In this document: piece by piece, positions 29,733-39,895 of the stretch
Position numbering within the stretch: the first letter of the stretch is position 1
Layout of the letters: every line of letters starts with the position of its first letter
Assembly (NCBI GenBank): GCA_034660095.1
Contig: JAYEIM010000221.1
Coordinates: forward strand, 853 to 64,852
DNA: 64,000 bases
Direction: 5' to 3'
Source of the DNA: Campylobacterota bacterium
GTDB lineage: Bacteria > Campylobacterota > Campylobacteria > Campylobacterales > Arcobacteraceae
Made by a program: the position numbers and the translations under genes
Notes under the pieces: model-generated
The model's input: the letters and a program-made list of their open reading frames with translations, nothing else
The model's database searches: none
Told to the model about the DNA's origin: nothing

Positions 29733-30365
29733 ATGAAAAAGAAAATTTTTAAATATATTCAGATTCATATTGTACCTTACTTAATGCAACTATTTGTTAG
29801 ATTTATATATCTAACAAACAAAAAAAACTACCATTACCCATCAAATATATGTGAAAATGAAAATATAATTGTAGCTATGTGGCATGGTGACCTTTTGATG
29901 CAACCATTAAACTACAGACATTTTAGAAACAATGGAACGATAAAAGTGATTGTTAGTGAGCATAGAGATGGTGAAACTATACGAAAAATAGTTGACTATC
30001 TTGGTGTTGGAGCATTAAGTGGGTCATCTACAAGAGGTGGAGCAAGAGTTTTAATGGGTGCTATTAAGGCACTTAAGAGTGGAATTGATGTTGCTATTAC
30101 CCCTGATGGTCCAAGAGGTCCAATATATGGTGTAGCTGATGGCATAGTTGCTATATCTGCTAAAACAAAAACAAAGATTTTACCATTTAGTTCAATACCA
30201 AAATCATACTGGAAAATGAGATCTTGGGATAAATTTATCATCCCCAAACCATTTGGAACTATCGATTTTTATATAGGTGAACCTTTTGATGTTGATGGCT
30301 TAGAACTTGAAGATGCAAAAAAACTTATATATGATAAACTTATGGAAAATCAACTAAGTAAATAG
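29733..30365 (+). CDS. Lysophospholipid acyltransferase family protein (DUF374)
   Basis: WHG, SEHRDGE, GSSTRGG, ITPDGPRGP, SWDKFIIPKPF. Confidence 0.88.
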   Translation: MKKKIFKYIQIHIVPYLMQLFVRFIYLTNKKNYHYPSNICENENIIVAMWHGDLLMQPLNYRHFRNNGTIKVIVSEHRDGETIRKIVDYLGVGALSGSSTRGGARVLMGAIKALKSGIDVAITPDGPRGPIYGVADGIVAISAKTKTKILPFSSIPKSYWKMRSWDKFIIPKPFGTIDFYIGEPFDVDGLELEDAKKLIYDKLMENQLSK

Positions 30366-30368
30366 ATT

Positions 30369-31196
30369 ATGCAAGATCAATTTTTTAAGTATTTAGAACA
30401 ATTTTGTGAATATCTACTAGATATAAAAAACTATTCTCCACTTACAATAAAAACATATAAAACACCAATATCACAAGCTATAAAATCAAGTGAAATATAT
30501 GAAGAGAGTGGTCAAATTTATTTTAATATTACAAAATATAGAATAGATATTTCAACACAAAATCCAAAAACTATAAATAAAAAAATATCTGCTATAAAAA
30601 GTTTTATTAACTTTTTAATAGACAAAGAATTAAATATAAAACTAAACGGTGCAAATAGTATTAAAACAGTACAAACACTACCAAAACCAATTCAAACTAA
30701 TAATATTTTCCAAAGTTTAGAAGATGCAACTTTACAAGAGAAACTTATAGTTTTATTTATATACTCATTTGGTATTCGTATCTCAGAATTGGCATCTTTA
30801 AAACTTAGTGATATCAATACAAACTCAATAACTGTTACAGGAAAAGGTGATAAACAAAGAGAGATACCATCAAACAATGTTATAAATAAATTACTAGAGG
30901 AGTATCTTAAACTTTTTACTCCAAAAATATACCTAATGGAAAAAAATAATATTGCACTATCAAAGCGACAATTACAATATATATTAGAAAAAGTTTTCAA
31001 ACGAAATGGTATCAAGGCAACACCGCATCAATTAAGACACTCTTTTGCTACAGATTTATTAAATGATGGTGCTAGAATCAACGATATAAGTGAGCTATTG
31101 GGGCATAGTAGTTTAAAAGCAACTGGAATTTATACTAAATTAACCACAAATACAAAATTAAAACAGTATAATATGTCTCATCCGTTAAATAAATAA
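30369..31196 (+). CDS. XerC/D-like tyrosine recombinase (chromosomal, operonic)
   Basis: GIRISEL, GKGDKQR, TPHQLRHSFAT, LLGHSS...IYT catalytic residues intact. Confidence 0.9.
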   Translation: MQDQFFKYLEQFCEYLLDIKNYSPLTIKTYKTPISQAIKSSEIYEESGQIYFNITKYRIDISTQNPKTINKKISAIKSFINFLIDKELNIKLNGANSIKTVQTLPKPIQTNNIFQSLEDATLQEKLIVLFIYSFGIRISELASLKLSDINTNSITVTGKGDKQREIPSNNVINKLLEEYLKLFTPKIYLMEKNNIALSKRQLQYILEKVFKRNGIKATPHQLRHSFATDLLNDGARINDISELLGHSSLKATGIYTKLTTNTKLKQYNMSHPLNK

Positions 31197-31211
31197 GTAT
31201 AGTAGGTAAAA

Positions 31212-32843
31212 GTGTTTAGTAAAAATAAAAAACAATATGTAAATGTTTTAAAGCAAAACAAACAATTAAAATTAAATTATACAACTTTACAAGATACAAA
31301 AATACTTAAGAATGAGCAATCTTCTTTCCTTATAACTGATGATAATATGCCTGACGATGCATTATTTAAACTAGATACATTACAAAAAACTATCCCTCAT
31401 ACATATTTAGTATCTTTATTTGAAGGCTCTAGCCAAAAAATTATTCAAACATCCAATATTGATGTTATAGGGTATGAATCTATAAAATTAGATAAAAATC
31501 TAAGCATAGTGATACCAAAAAATGAAATAATATCTGCATGTAGGTATTTTACTGCTAGTGGTATAGATTATATATTGTCACCTTTTAGTATTTTAAATGA
31601 ATATATACAAGATAAAGGGAATAAAAACTCATTAAATGTTTTAGTTTACAATGATGTAGTTTATATAATAATTTTAGATAATTTAAAGCAAGTTGTACAT
31701 AGTGTTGTTAAAAATCTAACTCCATTTGATGAGATTCAAGATGATAGTTTTACACAAGATGATATTGTTGGACAAAAGCTATATGAAGAGGTTCATTTTC
31801 TTGAGATACAACAATTTTTAAATGAAGTGACACAAAACTATTATAAAGAAAATAAAAATATTGATTTTTTAGAAACTGTTGACTTTTTATATACATTAAA
31901 ACCATTAAATGATGATCAAATGAAATCTTTATATGAAACTATTATGGTCAAAATAAATTATAAACCTATAAATATAGACACATATATAAATAGCTTAACG
32001 GCAAAAGAGACTTCACAGAACTATAACTTTACAGATGTTAGAGTAAAAAAAGAGAGTGGAAATATGTTTATATGGCTATTGTTTGCAATTATAAGTATGA
32101 GTATAGCAGCGGCTGTTTTATACTATAAAATGATTAATGATAAAGATATAAAACAAAAAGAGAATATAACTATTGAACAAAAAGTTAAACAGGTTGCAAA
32201 AAAAATAGAGCAAAAACCAATAATAAAAGATACAACTATAGATATGCCTAATCATATAGTAGAAAATAATAATATGTCACAAAATATCCGTATGTTACTA
32301 GATATAGTACCATATGATGCTGTTTTAAAAGATTTAAAAATCAATAAAAACAGTTCAACTTATGTTGTAAACTTTATTGCACAAGATTCATCTCTAGAAG
32401 ATATGCAATCTAAACTTTTAAATATATATAAAAAATCTGAAATATTATTAGAACATAAAAACAAAGCTATCTTAAATACAATTATAGAAAACAATACATT
32501 AGCTGTAAATAATAAAAACACGCAACTTTATAAATACAAAAAAGATGCTTTTTTATCAACATCAAAAGCAACCCAATATATAAAGAACAATTTACCAAGA
32601 AACTCAACTATTAAGTATATATCAAAAGATACAAAAGAGTATTTAACTTATAATTTCACTATAACATCACTTGTAAAAAGCCCTAAAGAGTTTTTTGATT
32701 TTATAGAAAATTTAAATAAACAAAATTTATCTGCAACTATTAGCTATCCAATTTTATTTTCTAAACTAAATAATGCACTTGAAATAAAGTACAATATAAA
32801 AATGCATCAACAAAATAAAAAAAGTGTAAAACCTAAAAAATAA
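31212..32843 (+). CDS. Hypothetical bitopic membrane protein (cytoplasmic domain, one TM, periplasmic domain)
   Basis: 543-aa ORF with one central TM (MFIWLLFAIISMSIAAAVLYY). Confidence 0.75.
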   Translation: MFSKNKKQYVNVLKQNKQLKLNYTTLQDTKILKNEQSSFLITDDNMPDDALFKLDTLQKTIPHTYLVSLFEGSSQKIIQTSNIDVIGYESIKLDKNLSIVIPKNEIISACRYFTASGIDYILSPFSILNEYIQDKGNKNSLNVLVYNDVVYIIILDNLKQVVHSVVKNLTPFDEIQDDSFTQDDIVGQKLYEEVHFLEIQQFLNEVTQNYYKENKNIDFLETVDFLYTLKPLNDDQMKSLYETIMVKINYKPINIDTYINSLTAKETSQNYNFTDVRVKKESGNMFIWLLFAIISMSIAAAVLYYKMINDKDIKQKENITIEQKVKQVAKKIEQKPIIKDTTIDMPNHIVENNNMSQNIRMLLDIVPYDAVLKDLKINKNSSTYVVNFIAQDSSLEDMQSKLLNIYKKSEILLEHKNKAILNTIIENNTLAVNNKNTQLYKYKKDAFLSTSKATQYIKNNLPRNSTIKYISKDTKEYLTYNFTITSLVKSPKEFFDFIENLNKQNLSATISYPILFSKLNNALEIKYNIKMHQQNKKSVKPKK

Positions 32844-33801
32844 ACTTTTCTAATGTAGATATATAACCTCTTACATTTTTTGGTACTTTAGCTACTCTAC
32901 ACTTTTCTTTAAATTTTTTATCCATAATTTTATCTAGGTATGGTGCTATAAATATTTTCTCTTCTAAAATACTTACTGCAATTTTATGGGAAACTACCAA
33001 CTCTTTTTTATCAATAATCTCATCTCTTGTCGCTGTCGATATTATAATACCTCGTTTTTTTAAATCTTTGTCAATAATTCTTATTGCAATATTTAAATCT
33101 CCATTAAATTTATATATATTTAGTTTTTCATATGATTTTAATTTTACATCTCCAAATAAAGATTCATAATCATTTTTTAAGTATCCAAAGCTATTTGAGA
33201 TGCCAACTTCATACTTTTTGAGTAATTCATCACTAAAATTATGCCGAAAATAGTTTCGCTTATACTTTTGATCAGTGTTTGTTTCATCTATAAAATACTT
33301 AATATTATTGGTTACAAGATATTTTATTAGTGATTCTTTGGAATATTCTAAAAGTGGTTTTAATACTTTATATCCATTTTTATAATTTATCTTTTCCATC
33401 CCCAAAAGCTCACTAAGCCCTGCACCTTTTGTAAGTTGCATTAAAAACCACTCTAATTTATCATTTAATTGGTGTGCTGTTATTAAGGTCTCATAATTAT
33501 TCCCACTTTCTGTAATAATTTCATCAAAAAAATTATGTCTAAAATCTCTTGCATTTTTTTCACTAAATTTTGCCTCTTTTGGATATGCAGAGATAAAACA
33601 TTTTTTATCATACTTATGAGCTAATTGTGTTGCATATATCACTTCATCTTTTGATTGTACTCTTTGATTGTAATCAACTATTGCTATATCAAATGGTATA
33701 TTATTTTCAACCATTAAAAAAAATAGTGCAGTTGAATCAACTCCAGCACTAAATGCAAGTAAATTGTTAGTAGTATCTATATTTATATTTATGCTATCCA
33801 T
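32833..33801 (-). CDS. tilS: tRNA(Ile)-lysidine synthetase
   Basis: AFSAGVDS PP-loop, ARDFR, TAHQLND, DETN...YKRNYFRH. Confidence 0.93.
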   Translation of the reverse strand: MDSININIDTTNNLLAFSAGVDSTALFFLMVENNIPFDIAIVDYNQRVQSKDEVIYATQLAHKYDKKCFISAYPKEAKFSEKNARDFRHNFFDEIITESGNNYETLITAHQLNDKLEWFLMQLTKGAGLSELLGMEKINYKNGYKVLKPLLEYSKESLIKYLVTNNIKYFIDETNTDQKYKRNYFRHNFSDELLKKYEVGISNSFGYLKNDYESLFGDVKLKSYEKLNIYKFNGDLNIAIRIIDKDLKKRGIIISTATRDEIIDKKELVVSHKIAVSILEEKIFIAPYLDKIMDKKFKEKCRVAKVPKNVRGYISTLEKFIF

Positions 33802-33935
33802 AAGTAGATTATATTAAGAATATAGTTATATAATACTTAGTAGTAAAATAAATAGTATATTATTACATAAGTTTATGCTTGTTATAAGCTATAATAATAT
33901 ATAATGGTTTAATTAATCAATAAAAGGAATTTAAT

Positions 33936-35315
33936 ATGAGTGAACAAGTTAAAACAACTTCTTACCGAATTAAAAGATATTGGGCTTATGTAGCTGCTAC
34001 TGTTGTAGCAATAGCAACACCATTTATACAAATTGGTGGCAATCAAATCTTCTTATTATCTTTTGATAAAAAACAATTACACTTGATGGGTGTAGCTTTT
34101 GATATGCAAGAACTTTATATGATGCCATTTTTACTAATGTTTATGTTTCTAGGTATCTTTGCAGTAACTTCAATTGGAGGTCGAGCATGGTGTGGATGGG
34201 CTTGTCCACAAACTGTATTTAGAGTTATATATAGAGATTTAATTGAATCTAAATTATTAGGTATGAGAAGGATTAAAAACAAACAAAAGAATCCTGACTA
34301 TTCTGATCCAAAAAATGCAACAAAAAGAATAATAGCTATTCTTATTTGGTTTGGATTGTCACTTTTAGCTGCTGCTGATTTCTTGTGGTATTTTATACCT
34401 CCTGCTGACTTTTTTGCATATATGGCAAACCCTATGGAACATACATATGTACTTGGATTTTTATTTGGAATTGCTGCATTTTTAGTATATGATGTTATAT
34501 TTCTTAAAGAAGATTTTTGTATATATATTTGTCCATATTCAAGGGTTCAATCAGTTCTTTATGACGATGATACTATCCAAGCTATTTATAGTGAAAAAAG
34601 AGGTGGTAAAATATACAATGAAAATCATGAAAAAATAGTTTTTAAAGCAAAAGATGTACCAGAAGATATGGATTGTACAGCTTGTCAAAGTTGTGTAACT
34701 GTTTGTCCTACACATATTGATATTAGAAAAGGTGCTCAACTAGAGTGTATCAACTGTTTGGAGTGTGTTGATGCTTGTACAACAGTTATGGGAAAACTTG
34801 GTAAAGAGAGTTTAGTTCAATGGTCAAGTACAAATGAAGTTGAAAATGATACAAAAACAAAGCTAATAAGAGGTAAAACTATTATGTATGCTGCTGCTTT
34901 AACTATTATTGTTGGGATGTTATTTGTTATGGGTGGCACAAAAGAGTATATGTTGTTAAATGTAAATAAAACAACACAATTATATAAAATAAAAGATAAT
35001 AATGAGGTAGTAAATAACTTTTTACTATTATTTCAAAATACTCAAAAAGATAGATATACTTACAATATAGAAATCATAGGTGAATATGCAGATAAGATTC
35101 AAATCAAAAAGTTTACACCTTTTAAATTAAGTAAAGGTAAAATGGCAAAAAAAGTTATTCAACTTTCAACAAAAGAGAGATTAAGTGATGATATAACTAA
35201 AGATACTCCAATTACAGTAACTTTAAAAGCTTATGCAATTGAAAATCCAGCAGAGATAGTTGTTTTAAGAAAAGCTGTATTTATATATCCAAGAGCTGAT
35301 AAATTAAAACCATAA
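33936..35315 (+). CDS. ccoG: Cytochrome c oxidase accessory protein CcoG/FixG
   Basis: GRAWCGWACPQT, FCIYICPY, CTACQSCVTVCP, CINCLECVDAC. Confidence 0.94.
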   Translation: MSEQVKTTSYRIKRYWAYVAATVVAIATPFIQIGGNQIFLLSFDKKQLHLMGVAFDMQELYMMPFLLMFMFLGIFAVTSIGGRAWCGWACPQTVFRVIYRDLIESKLLGMRRIKNKQKNPDYSDPKNATKRIIAILIWFGLSLLAAADFLWYFIPPADFFAYMANPMEHTYVLGFLFGIAAFLVYDVIFLKEDFCIYICPYSRVQSVLYDDDTIQAIYSEKRGGKIYNENHEKIVFKAKDVPEDMDCTACQSCVTVCPTHIDIRKGAQLECINCLECVDACTTVMGKLGKESLVQWSSTNEVENDTKTKLIRGKTIMYAAALTIIVGMLFVMGGTKEYMLLNVNKTTQLYKIKDNNEVVNNFLLLFQNTQKDRYTYNIEIIGEYADKIQIKKFTPFKLSKGKMAKKVIQLSTKERLSDDITKDTPITVTLKAYAIENPAEIVVLRKAVFIYPRADKLKP

Positions 35316-35334
35316 TAACTTAAGCAAATCAATT

Positions 35335-35367
35335 AAAACCTAAGCCTTAAAAAGCTTAGGTTTTTTT
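35335..35367 (+). terminator. Intrinsic terminator after ccoG
   Basis: AAAACCTAAGC-cttaaaaa-GCTTAGGTTTTTTT. Confidence 0.85.
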
Positions 35368-35408
35368 ATGCTATAATTCAAACAATTAAACAAACAAAGG
35401 AATTAAAA

Positions 35409-35924
35409 ATGCCATTATTAGATAGTTTTAGAGTAGATCATACAAAGATGGATGCACCAGCAGTAAGAGTTGCAAAACAGATGAAAAGTAAAAAAGGTGA
35501 TATTATCACTGTTTTTGATTTAAGATTTTATAAGCCAAATATTGGGAAAATGGATGGAAAAGGTATCCATACATTAGAGCATCTTTTTGCAGGATTTATT
35601 AGAAATCATTTAAATAGTAAAAGTGTTGAGATAATTGACTGTTCACCAATGGGATGTAGAACTGGATTTTATATGTCAGTTTTAGGTTCTCCTAAAGAGA
35701 AAGCAGTTGCAAAAGCGATGATAAAATCTATGAAAGATGTACTTAAAGTAAAAAGTGAAGATGATATTCCAGAATTAAATGTATACCAATGTGGTACATA
35801 TAAAATGCACTCACTTAAAAATGCTAAAAAGATAGCAAAAGATATTATTAAAAATGGTGTTGGAGTTATGGATAATAAAAAACTTTTTTTAAGTGAAAAG
35901 AAGATGAAAAAACTAGGAATATAA
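35409..35924 (+). CDS. luxS: S-ribosylhomocysteine lyase
   Basis: [29 protein letters not shown]. Confidence 0.97.
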   Translation: MPLLDSFRVDHTKMDAPAVRVAKQMKSKKGDIITVFDLRFYKPNIGKMDGKGIHTLEHLFAGFIRNHLNSKSVEIIDCSPMGCRTGFYMSVLGSPKEKAVAKAMIKSMKDVLKVKSEDDIPELNVYQCGTYKMHSLKNAKKIAKDIIKNGVGVMDNKKLFLSEKKMKKLGI

Positions 35925-35927
35925 GTA

Positions 35928-36365
35928 TTGTATAAAGAGTTAGAAGAATTTTTATGTTTATTTAATGTTGTACCAAGAGTATCTATTTTAAATTTAAATA
36001 ATTGTTGTGATGATATAACAAAAATATTAAACAATCTTGTTAGTCCATTTGATGGCACTGTAACAACGCTAGATACAGATGTTTTAAAAGAGTTAAAAGT
36101 TAAAATAAAACGCTCCACTTATGATTATGGTGTTATCTCCAATTTTGTATTGAATTCGGCAGATAAAGAGATGTTATTTCAGATTATCAATAAAGGTATT
36201 AGAGACTCTGGACATATAATCATTTTAGAAGAGAAAGATAAAAATTTAGATGAGATATATCATCTACTTGAAGAGTATGACTATGGAGCGATAAGTTCTA
36301 TAGATATATTTGAAGATTATAGTTTGATTATGGGGAAAAAACTTCATATGTGGGGTATGGATTAA
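35928..36365 (+). CDS. Conserved hypothetical protein (degenerate methyltransferase-like fold)
   Basis: 145-aa ORF 3 nt after luxS; ends KKLHMWG. Confidence 0.7.
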   Translation: MYKELEEFLCLFNVVPRVSILNLNNCCDDITKILNNLVSPFDGTVTTLDTDVLKELKVKIKRSTYDYGVISNFVLNSADKEMLFQIINKGIRDSGHIIILEEKDKNLDEIYHLLEEYDYGAISSIDIFEDYSLIMGKKLHMWGMD

Positions 36366-36387
36366 AAGATATTCTACATATTGATAT

Positions 36388-36422
36388 TTTGTAAAAGATT
36401 GCAAAATGTTATCTTTTACAAA
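36388..36422. repeat. 12-bp perfect inverted repeat upstream of radC
   Basis: TTTGTAAAAGAT-11 nt-ATCTTTTACAAA. Confidence 0.7.
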
Positions 36423-36452
36423 TAAATAATATTTTTTATGTATTATTTGTTT

Positions 36453-37112
36453 ATGAAAACAATAAATCAACTAAACCACCACGATAAACCAAGAGAAAAG
36501 CTACTTAAAAAAGGTGCATCTGCCTTAAAAGACTATGAACTAGTAGCGATACTTCTAGGTACTGGTATAAAAGGTAAAGATGTAATAAAATTATCCAAAG
36601 AGATAGTTAAACTCTTTGAAGATGACTTTACCTCTTTAACACTAGATAAACTACTTCAAGTACATGGACTAGGAACCGCAAAAGCATCTCAATTAATCTC
36701 AGCACTTGAACTATCCAAACGACACCTAATAAAACAAAATAAAAAAATATCAAATGCAAAAGATGTATTTGAAGAGTTAAAAGAATATCGCAACAAACAA
36801 CAAGAATATTTTCTATGTATCTATTTAGATGGAGCAAATCATATTTGCCAAACAAGAGTGATAACTATAGGCACTTTAAATCAAAGCTTAGTACATCCAA
36901 GAGAAGTTTTCGCACCTGCTGTAGAAAATCGATGTGCTAGTATCATAGTAGCTCACAATCACCCTAGTGGAGTGTTAAAACCTAGTCGAGAAGATATCCT
37001 TGTAACTCAAAGATTAAAGGAGAGTGGGAAGTTGTTGGGTATTGAACTTTTGGATCATGTTATATTTGGTAGGGAGGGGTATTTTAGTTTGAAAGATGAG
37101 GAGTTACTGTAA
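36453..37112 (+). CDS. radC: RadC / JAB-domain protein
   Basis: KPREKL, GTLNQSLVHPREVF, AHNHPSG, LLDHVI; start ATG 36453. Confidence 0.93.
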   Translation: MKTINQLNHHDKPREKLLKKGASALKDYELVAILLGTGIKGKDVIKLSKEIVKLFEDDFTSLTLDKLLQVHGLGTAKASQLISALELSKRHLIKQNKKISNAKDVFEELKEYRNKQQEYFLCIYLDGANHICQTRVITIGTLNQSLVHPREVFAPAVENRCASIIVAHNHPSGVLKPSREDILVTQRLKESGKLLGIELLDHVIFGREGYFSLKDEELL

Positions 37113-37185
37113 TTATACTTCTTAAAATTTATTATTCAAGTGAGATTAGATATAATCATAAAATAAACTTTAAACGGAGCAATAA

Positions 37186-38304
37186 ATGTATATAAATAGT
37201 TTGAAAATAGATAACTATCAAGTTTTAGAAGATTTAGAAATAAAATTTCAAATACCTAAAAATGGAAAAAATATTGTAAATATTATTGCTGGTGTTAATG
37301 GTAGTGGTAAAACGACATTGCTAAAATGGGTTCTTGGTAGAATATTTGAACACTATAAAGATTATAATGGTACATTATCAATAGATGATAAAATTATTTT
37401 TAATGATACTAATAGAGGAAACGAAGTATTTAATTATCATCATAAAGCAACAAATGACAATCAATATAAAAATGGTATTCATTCTTCTCCAAGAGTTATA
37501 TATATTCCATCAAATATGACATTTAATTATCAAGCTCAAAATAAACTTGATACACAATATAGTTTCCAAAATATAATTGATGCTAATAGTATTTTAGGAA
37601 ATGCAGAATTTTTTATAAAAGACTATATTATTAAAGAAGAAAGACTTAGCAATAAAAGTAATCCAATTGAGCGAACAAAGGATGCGATAGATAAGTTTAA
37701 TGAGATTTTTAAAAATAGTGATTTGATAACTAAATTAGTAAACTTAGATGTTCATAATCAAAACAGACCTATTTTTAATACAATAAATGGGGAAGATGTA
37801 ACAATAGATAAATTAAGTAGTGGTGAACAGCAACTTTATGCAAGGGTAGTTTCTCTTATGATTTTAAATCCTCACAATTCTGTAATTTTAATTGATGAGC
37901 CTGAAATTGCACTGCATCCAAAATGGCAAATTGATATTATGAAAATATATAAAAGTATTGGTAAAAATAATCAATTTATTGTTACAACTCATTCACCTTT
38001 TATAATTGCTCAAACTCCTTATCAAAACTTAATATTTTTAATAAAAGAAAATGAAAAAATTGTTGCTAAACAATTTAATGAAGCACCTTTAGATGTTGAT
38101 ATTAATACTATAGTAAAAACTGTAATGGGTGCTGAGTATATACCTTTAAATATACAAGAACTTCATAATAATTATAGAGTATTTTTAGATAATGACCAAT
38201 TGGAATCTGAAGAAGCAGAAAAAATAAAGAATGAAATATTAAAATATGAAAGTCCAAATAGTTCATTTTTTCAACAAATTAACTTTGATAAAGCTCTGAA
38301 ATAG
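37186..38304 (+). CDS. ptuA: ABC/SMC-like AAA ATPase, PtuA-like (Septu defence)
   Basis: GVNGSGKT, LSSGEQ, LIDEPEIALHPKWQ, QFIVTTHSP. Confidence 0.75.
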   Translation: MYINSLKIDNYQVLEDLEIKFQIPKNGKNIVNIIAGVNGSGKTTLLKWVLGRIFEHYKDYNGTLSIDDKIIFNDTNRGNEVFNYHHKATNDNQYKNGIHSSPRVIYIPSNMTFNYQAQNKLDTQYSFQNIIDANSILGNAEFFIKDYIIKEERLSNKSNPIERTKDAIDKFNEIFKNSDLITKLVNLDVHNQNRPIFNTINGEDVTIDKLSSGEQQLYARVVSLMILNPHNSVILIDEPEIALHPKWQIDIMKIYKSIGKNNQFIVTTHSPFIIAQTPYQNLIFLIKENEKIVAKQFNEAPLDVDINTIVKTVMGAEYIPLNIQELHNNYRVFLDNDQLESEEAEKIKNEILKYESPNSSFFQQINFDKALK

Positions 38305-38945
38305 TGAAATATATACAAAAGACTAGCACTCCGCAATTTTTTATAGACGATACAAAAGATTTGGATATTTGGAATGATTATTATTCAAATAAAAAAAGAA
38401 ATTTAAAACAATATATTTTAGATAATGAGCAAAATTATCTTTGTGGATATTGTGAATCTAAAGTTATTCTAGATAATTCTCATTTAGAGCATATTAAACC
38501 AAAAAGTTTAGATGAAGAAAACCTAACTTTTAACTATAACAACATAATTGTATCATGTGAAGGTAAATGTTATACTACTGATAATACTCCTGAAAGTTGT
38601 GGACATAAAAAATTGGATGAATTTGATGAAGAATTATTTTTAAATCCAACAACTCAAAATGATATTAGAGCATATTTTACATATGAAAGTAATGGAACAA
38701 TAAATCCAAGTGGACTTAACGACAATAAATCATCATATACAATCAACTTATTAAAGCTAAATACTTTTAATAATAATCTCCAAGAAGCAAGAAAAATTTC
38801 ATTAAGAGAATTTAGAATCTTTGTTTCTCAAAAAGTACACGACACAAATATGGATGTAAAAGAGGTGGTTAAAAGAATTTTAAATAACGAAAATATAGCT
38901 TTTATATCTTTTTTAAGATTTCAGTATAAACACATATTAAACTAA
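38304..38945 (+). CDS. ptuB: HNH endonuclease, PtuB/TIGR02646-like
   Basis: EQNYLCGYCE, HLEHIKPKS, NIIVSC, SCGHKK; coupled to the ATPase. Confidence 0.75.
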   Translation: MKYIQKTSTPQFFIDDTKDLDIWNDYYSNKKRNLKQYILDNEQNYLCGYCESKVILDNSHLEHIKPKSLDEENLTFNYNNIIVSCEGKCYTTDNTPESCGHKKLDEFDEELFLNPTTQNDIRAYFTYESNGTINPSGLNDNKSSYTINLLKLNTFNNNLQEARKISLREFRIFVSQKVHDTNMDVKEVVKRILNNENIAFISFLRFQYKHILN

Positions 38946-38954
38946 AGGTAAAAA

Positions 38955-38990
38955 ATGCCATATATAGACTGGATGGGGAAAGAGACTTAA
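38955..38990 (+). pseudogene. 11-codon stub MPYIDWMGKET resembling the N-terminus of a type III R-M Mod methyltransferase
   Basis: AAGG RBS plus an MPxxxWxGK start, then a stop codon. Confidence 0.45.
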
Positions 38991-39129
38991 TTAAATAAAC
39001 ATTACAATATGACATATTTTTTTAATAAAACAAAATTTTAGTGCTATGATATGTAAAAATATCAAGGGATTACAATGGAAAAGATAACAATATGATAAGA
39101 GATTAAAATGAAAAGTCAAATAAACAATA

Positions 39130-39891
39130 ATGATTAAAACAAACGACGGTTCATATACCTTATATAGCCAACAGTTTGAACAACACTACCATAGTGTAAA
39201 AGAGGGTGCTTTAAATGAGGCACTTTCAAAGCATATTATCCCTGCTTTAGATTATCATAAAGAGAAAAAAGAGTTAAATATATTAGATATATGTTTTGGT
39301 TTAGGATATAACACTTTAGCTACACTGTATTATATAGAGCAGAATAATTTAAATATAAAAGTAAATATCTATTCTCCAGAATTTGATGGTGAGCTTTTAG
39401 AGTCATTGAAAGATTTTGATTATCCTGATGAGTTTAAAGAATTTGACACTATTATTAAAGAGTTGTCATCAAATCTATATTTTGAAAGCAAAAATATAAA
39501 AATAGAGATATTTAAAGGCGATGCTAGAAAATACATAGATAAGTTAAAAGATATTCATATAGTTTATCAAGATGCTTTTAGTAGTGATGTAAACAGATCA
39601 CTTTGGACGCAGGAGTATTTTGGACAAATAAAGTCTATATTAAATAAAAATGCTATAATAACAACTTATTCAATAGCTACACCAATAAGGCTTTCTATTT
39701 ATAATAATGATTTAAAGATTTATGAGTACAAACCAGATAATTCGTGTAACTCCGCAGGTACGAGGACAAATAGAATTACAATAGCGTTAAACAAAAAAGA
39801 GATACATAAAGATATAAACTATAAATATATTGATATGGAACTAAAACAACAGCGAAATACTAAGGCAATGCCTTTAAAAGATAAGGAATAA
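39130..39891 (+). CDS. MnmC-type (MnmD) tRNA mnm5s2U34 methyltransferase domain protein
   Basis: TNDGSYTLYS...YHS, ILDICFGLGYN, GDAR, YQDAFS...LWT. Confidence 0.85.
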   Translation: MIKTNDGSYTLYSQQFEQHYHSVKEGALNEALSKHIIPALDYHKEKKELNILDICFGLGYNTLATLYYIEQNNLNIKVNIYSPEFDGELLESLKDFDYPDEFKEFDTIIKELSSNLYFESKNIKIEIFKGDARKYIDKLKDIHIVYQDAFSSDVNRSLWTQEYFGQIKSILNKNAIITTYSIATPIRLSIYNNDLKIYEYKPDNSCNSAGTRTNRITIALNKKEIHKDINYKYIDMELKQQRNTKAMPLKDKE

Positions 39892-39895
39892 AAAT

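Noticed and set aside
30369-31196. Prophage or integrative-element integrase
   Set aside because: Short, operonic with housekeeping genes, with no att repeats, tRNA or cargo genes nearby
37112-39130. Retron (type I-A) system
   Set aside because: No reverse transcriptase ORF and no space or inverted repeats for msr-msd next to the ATPase/HNH pair
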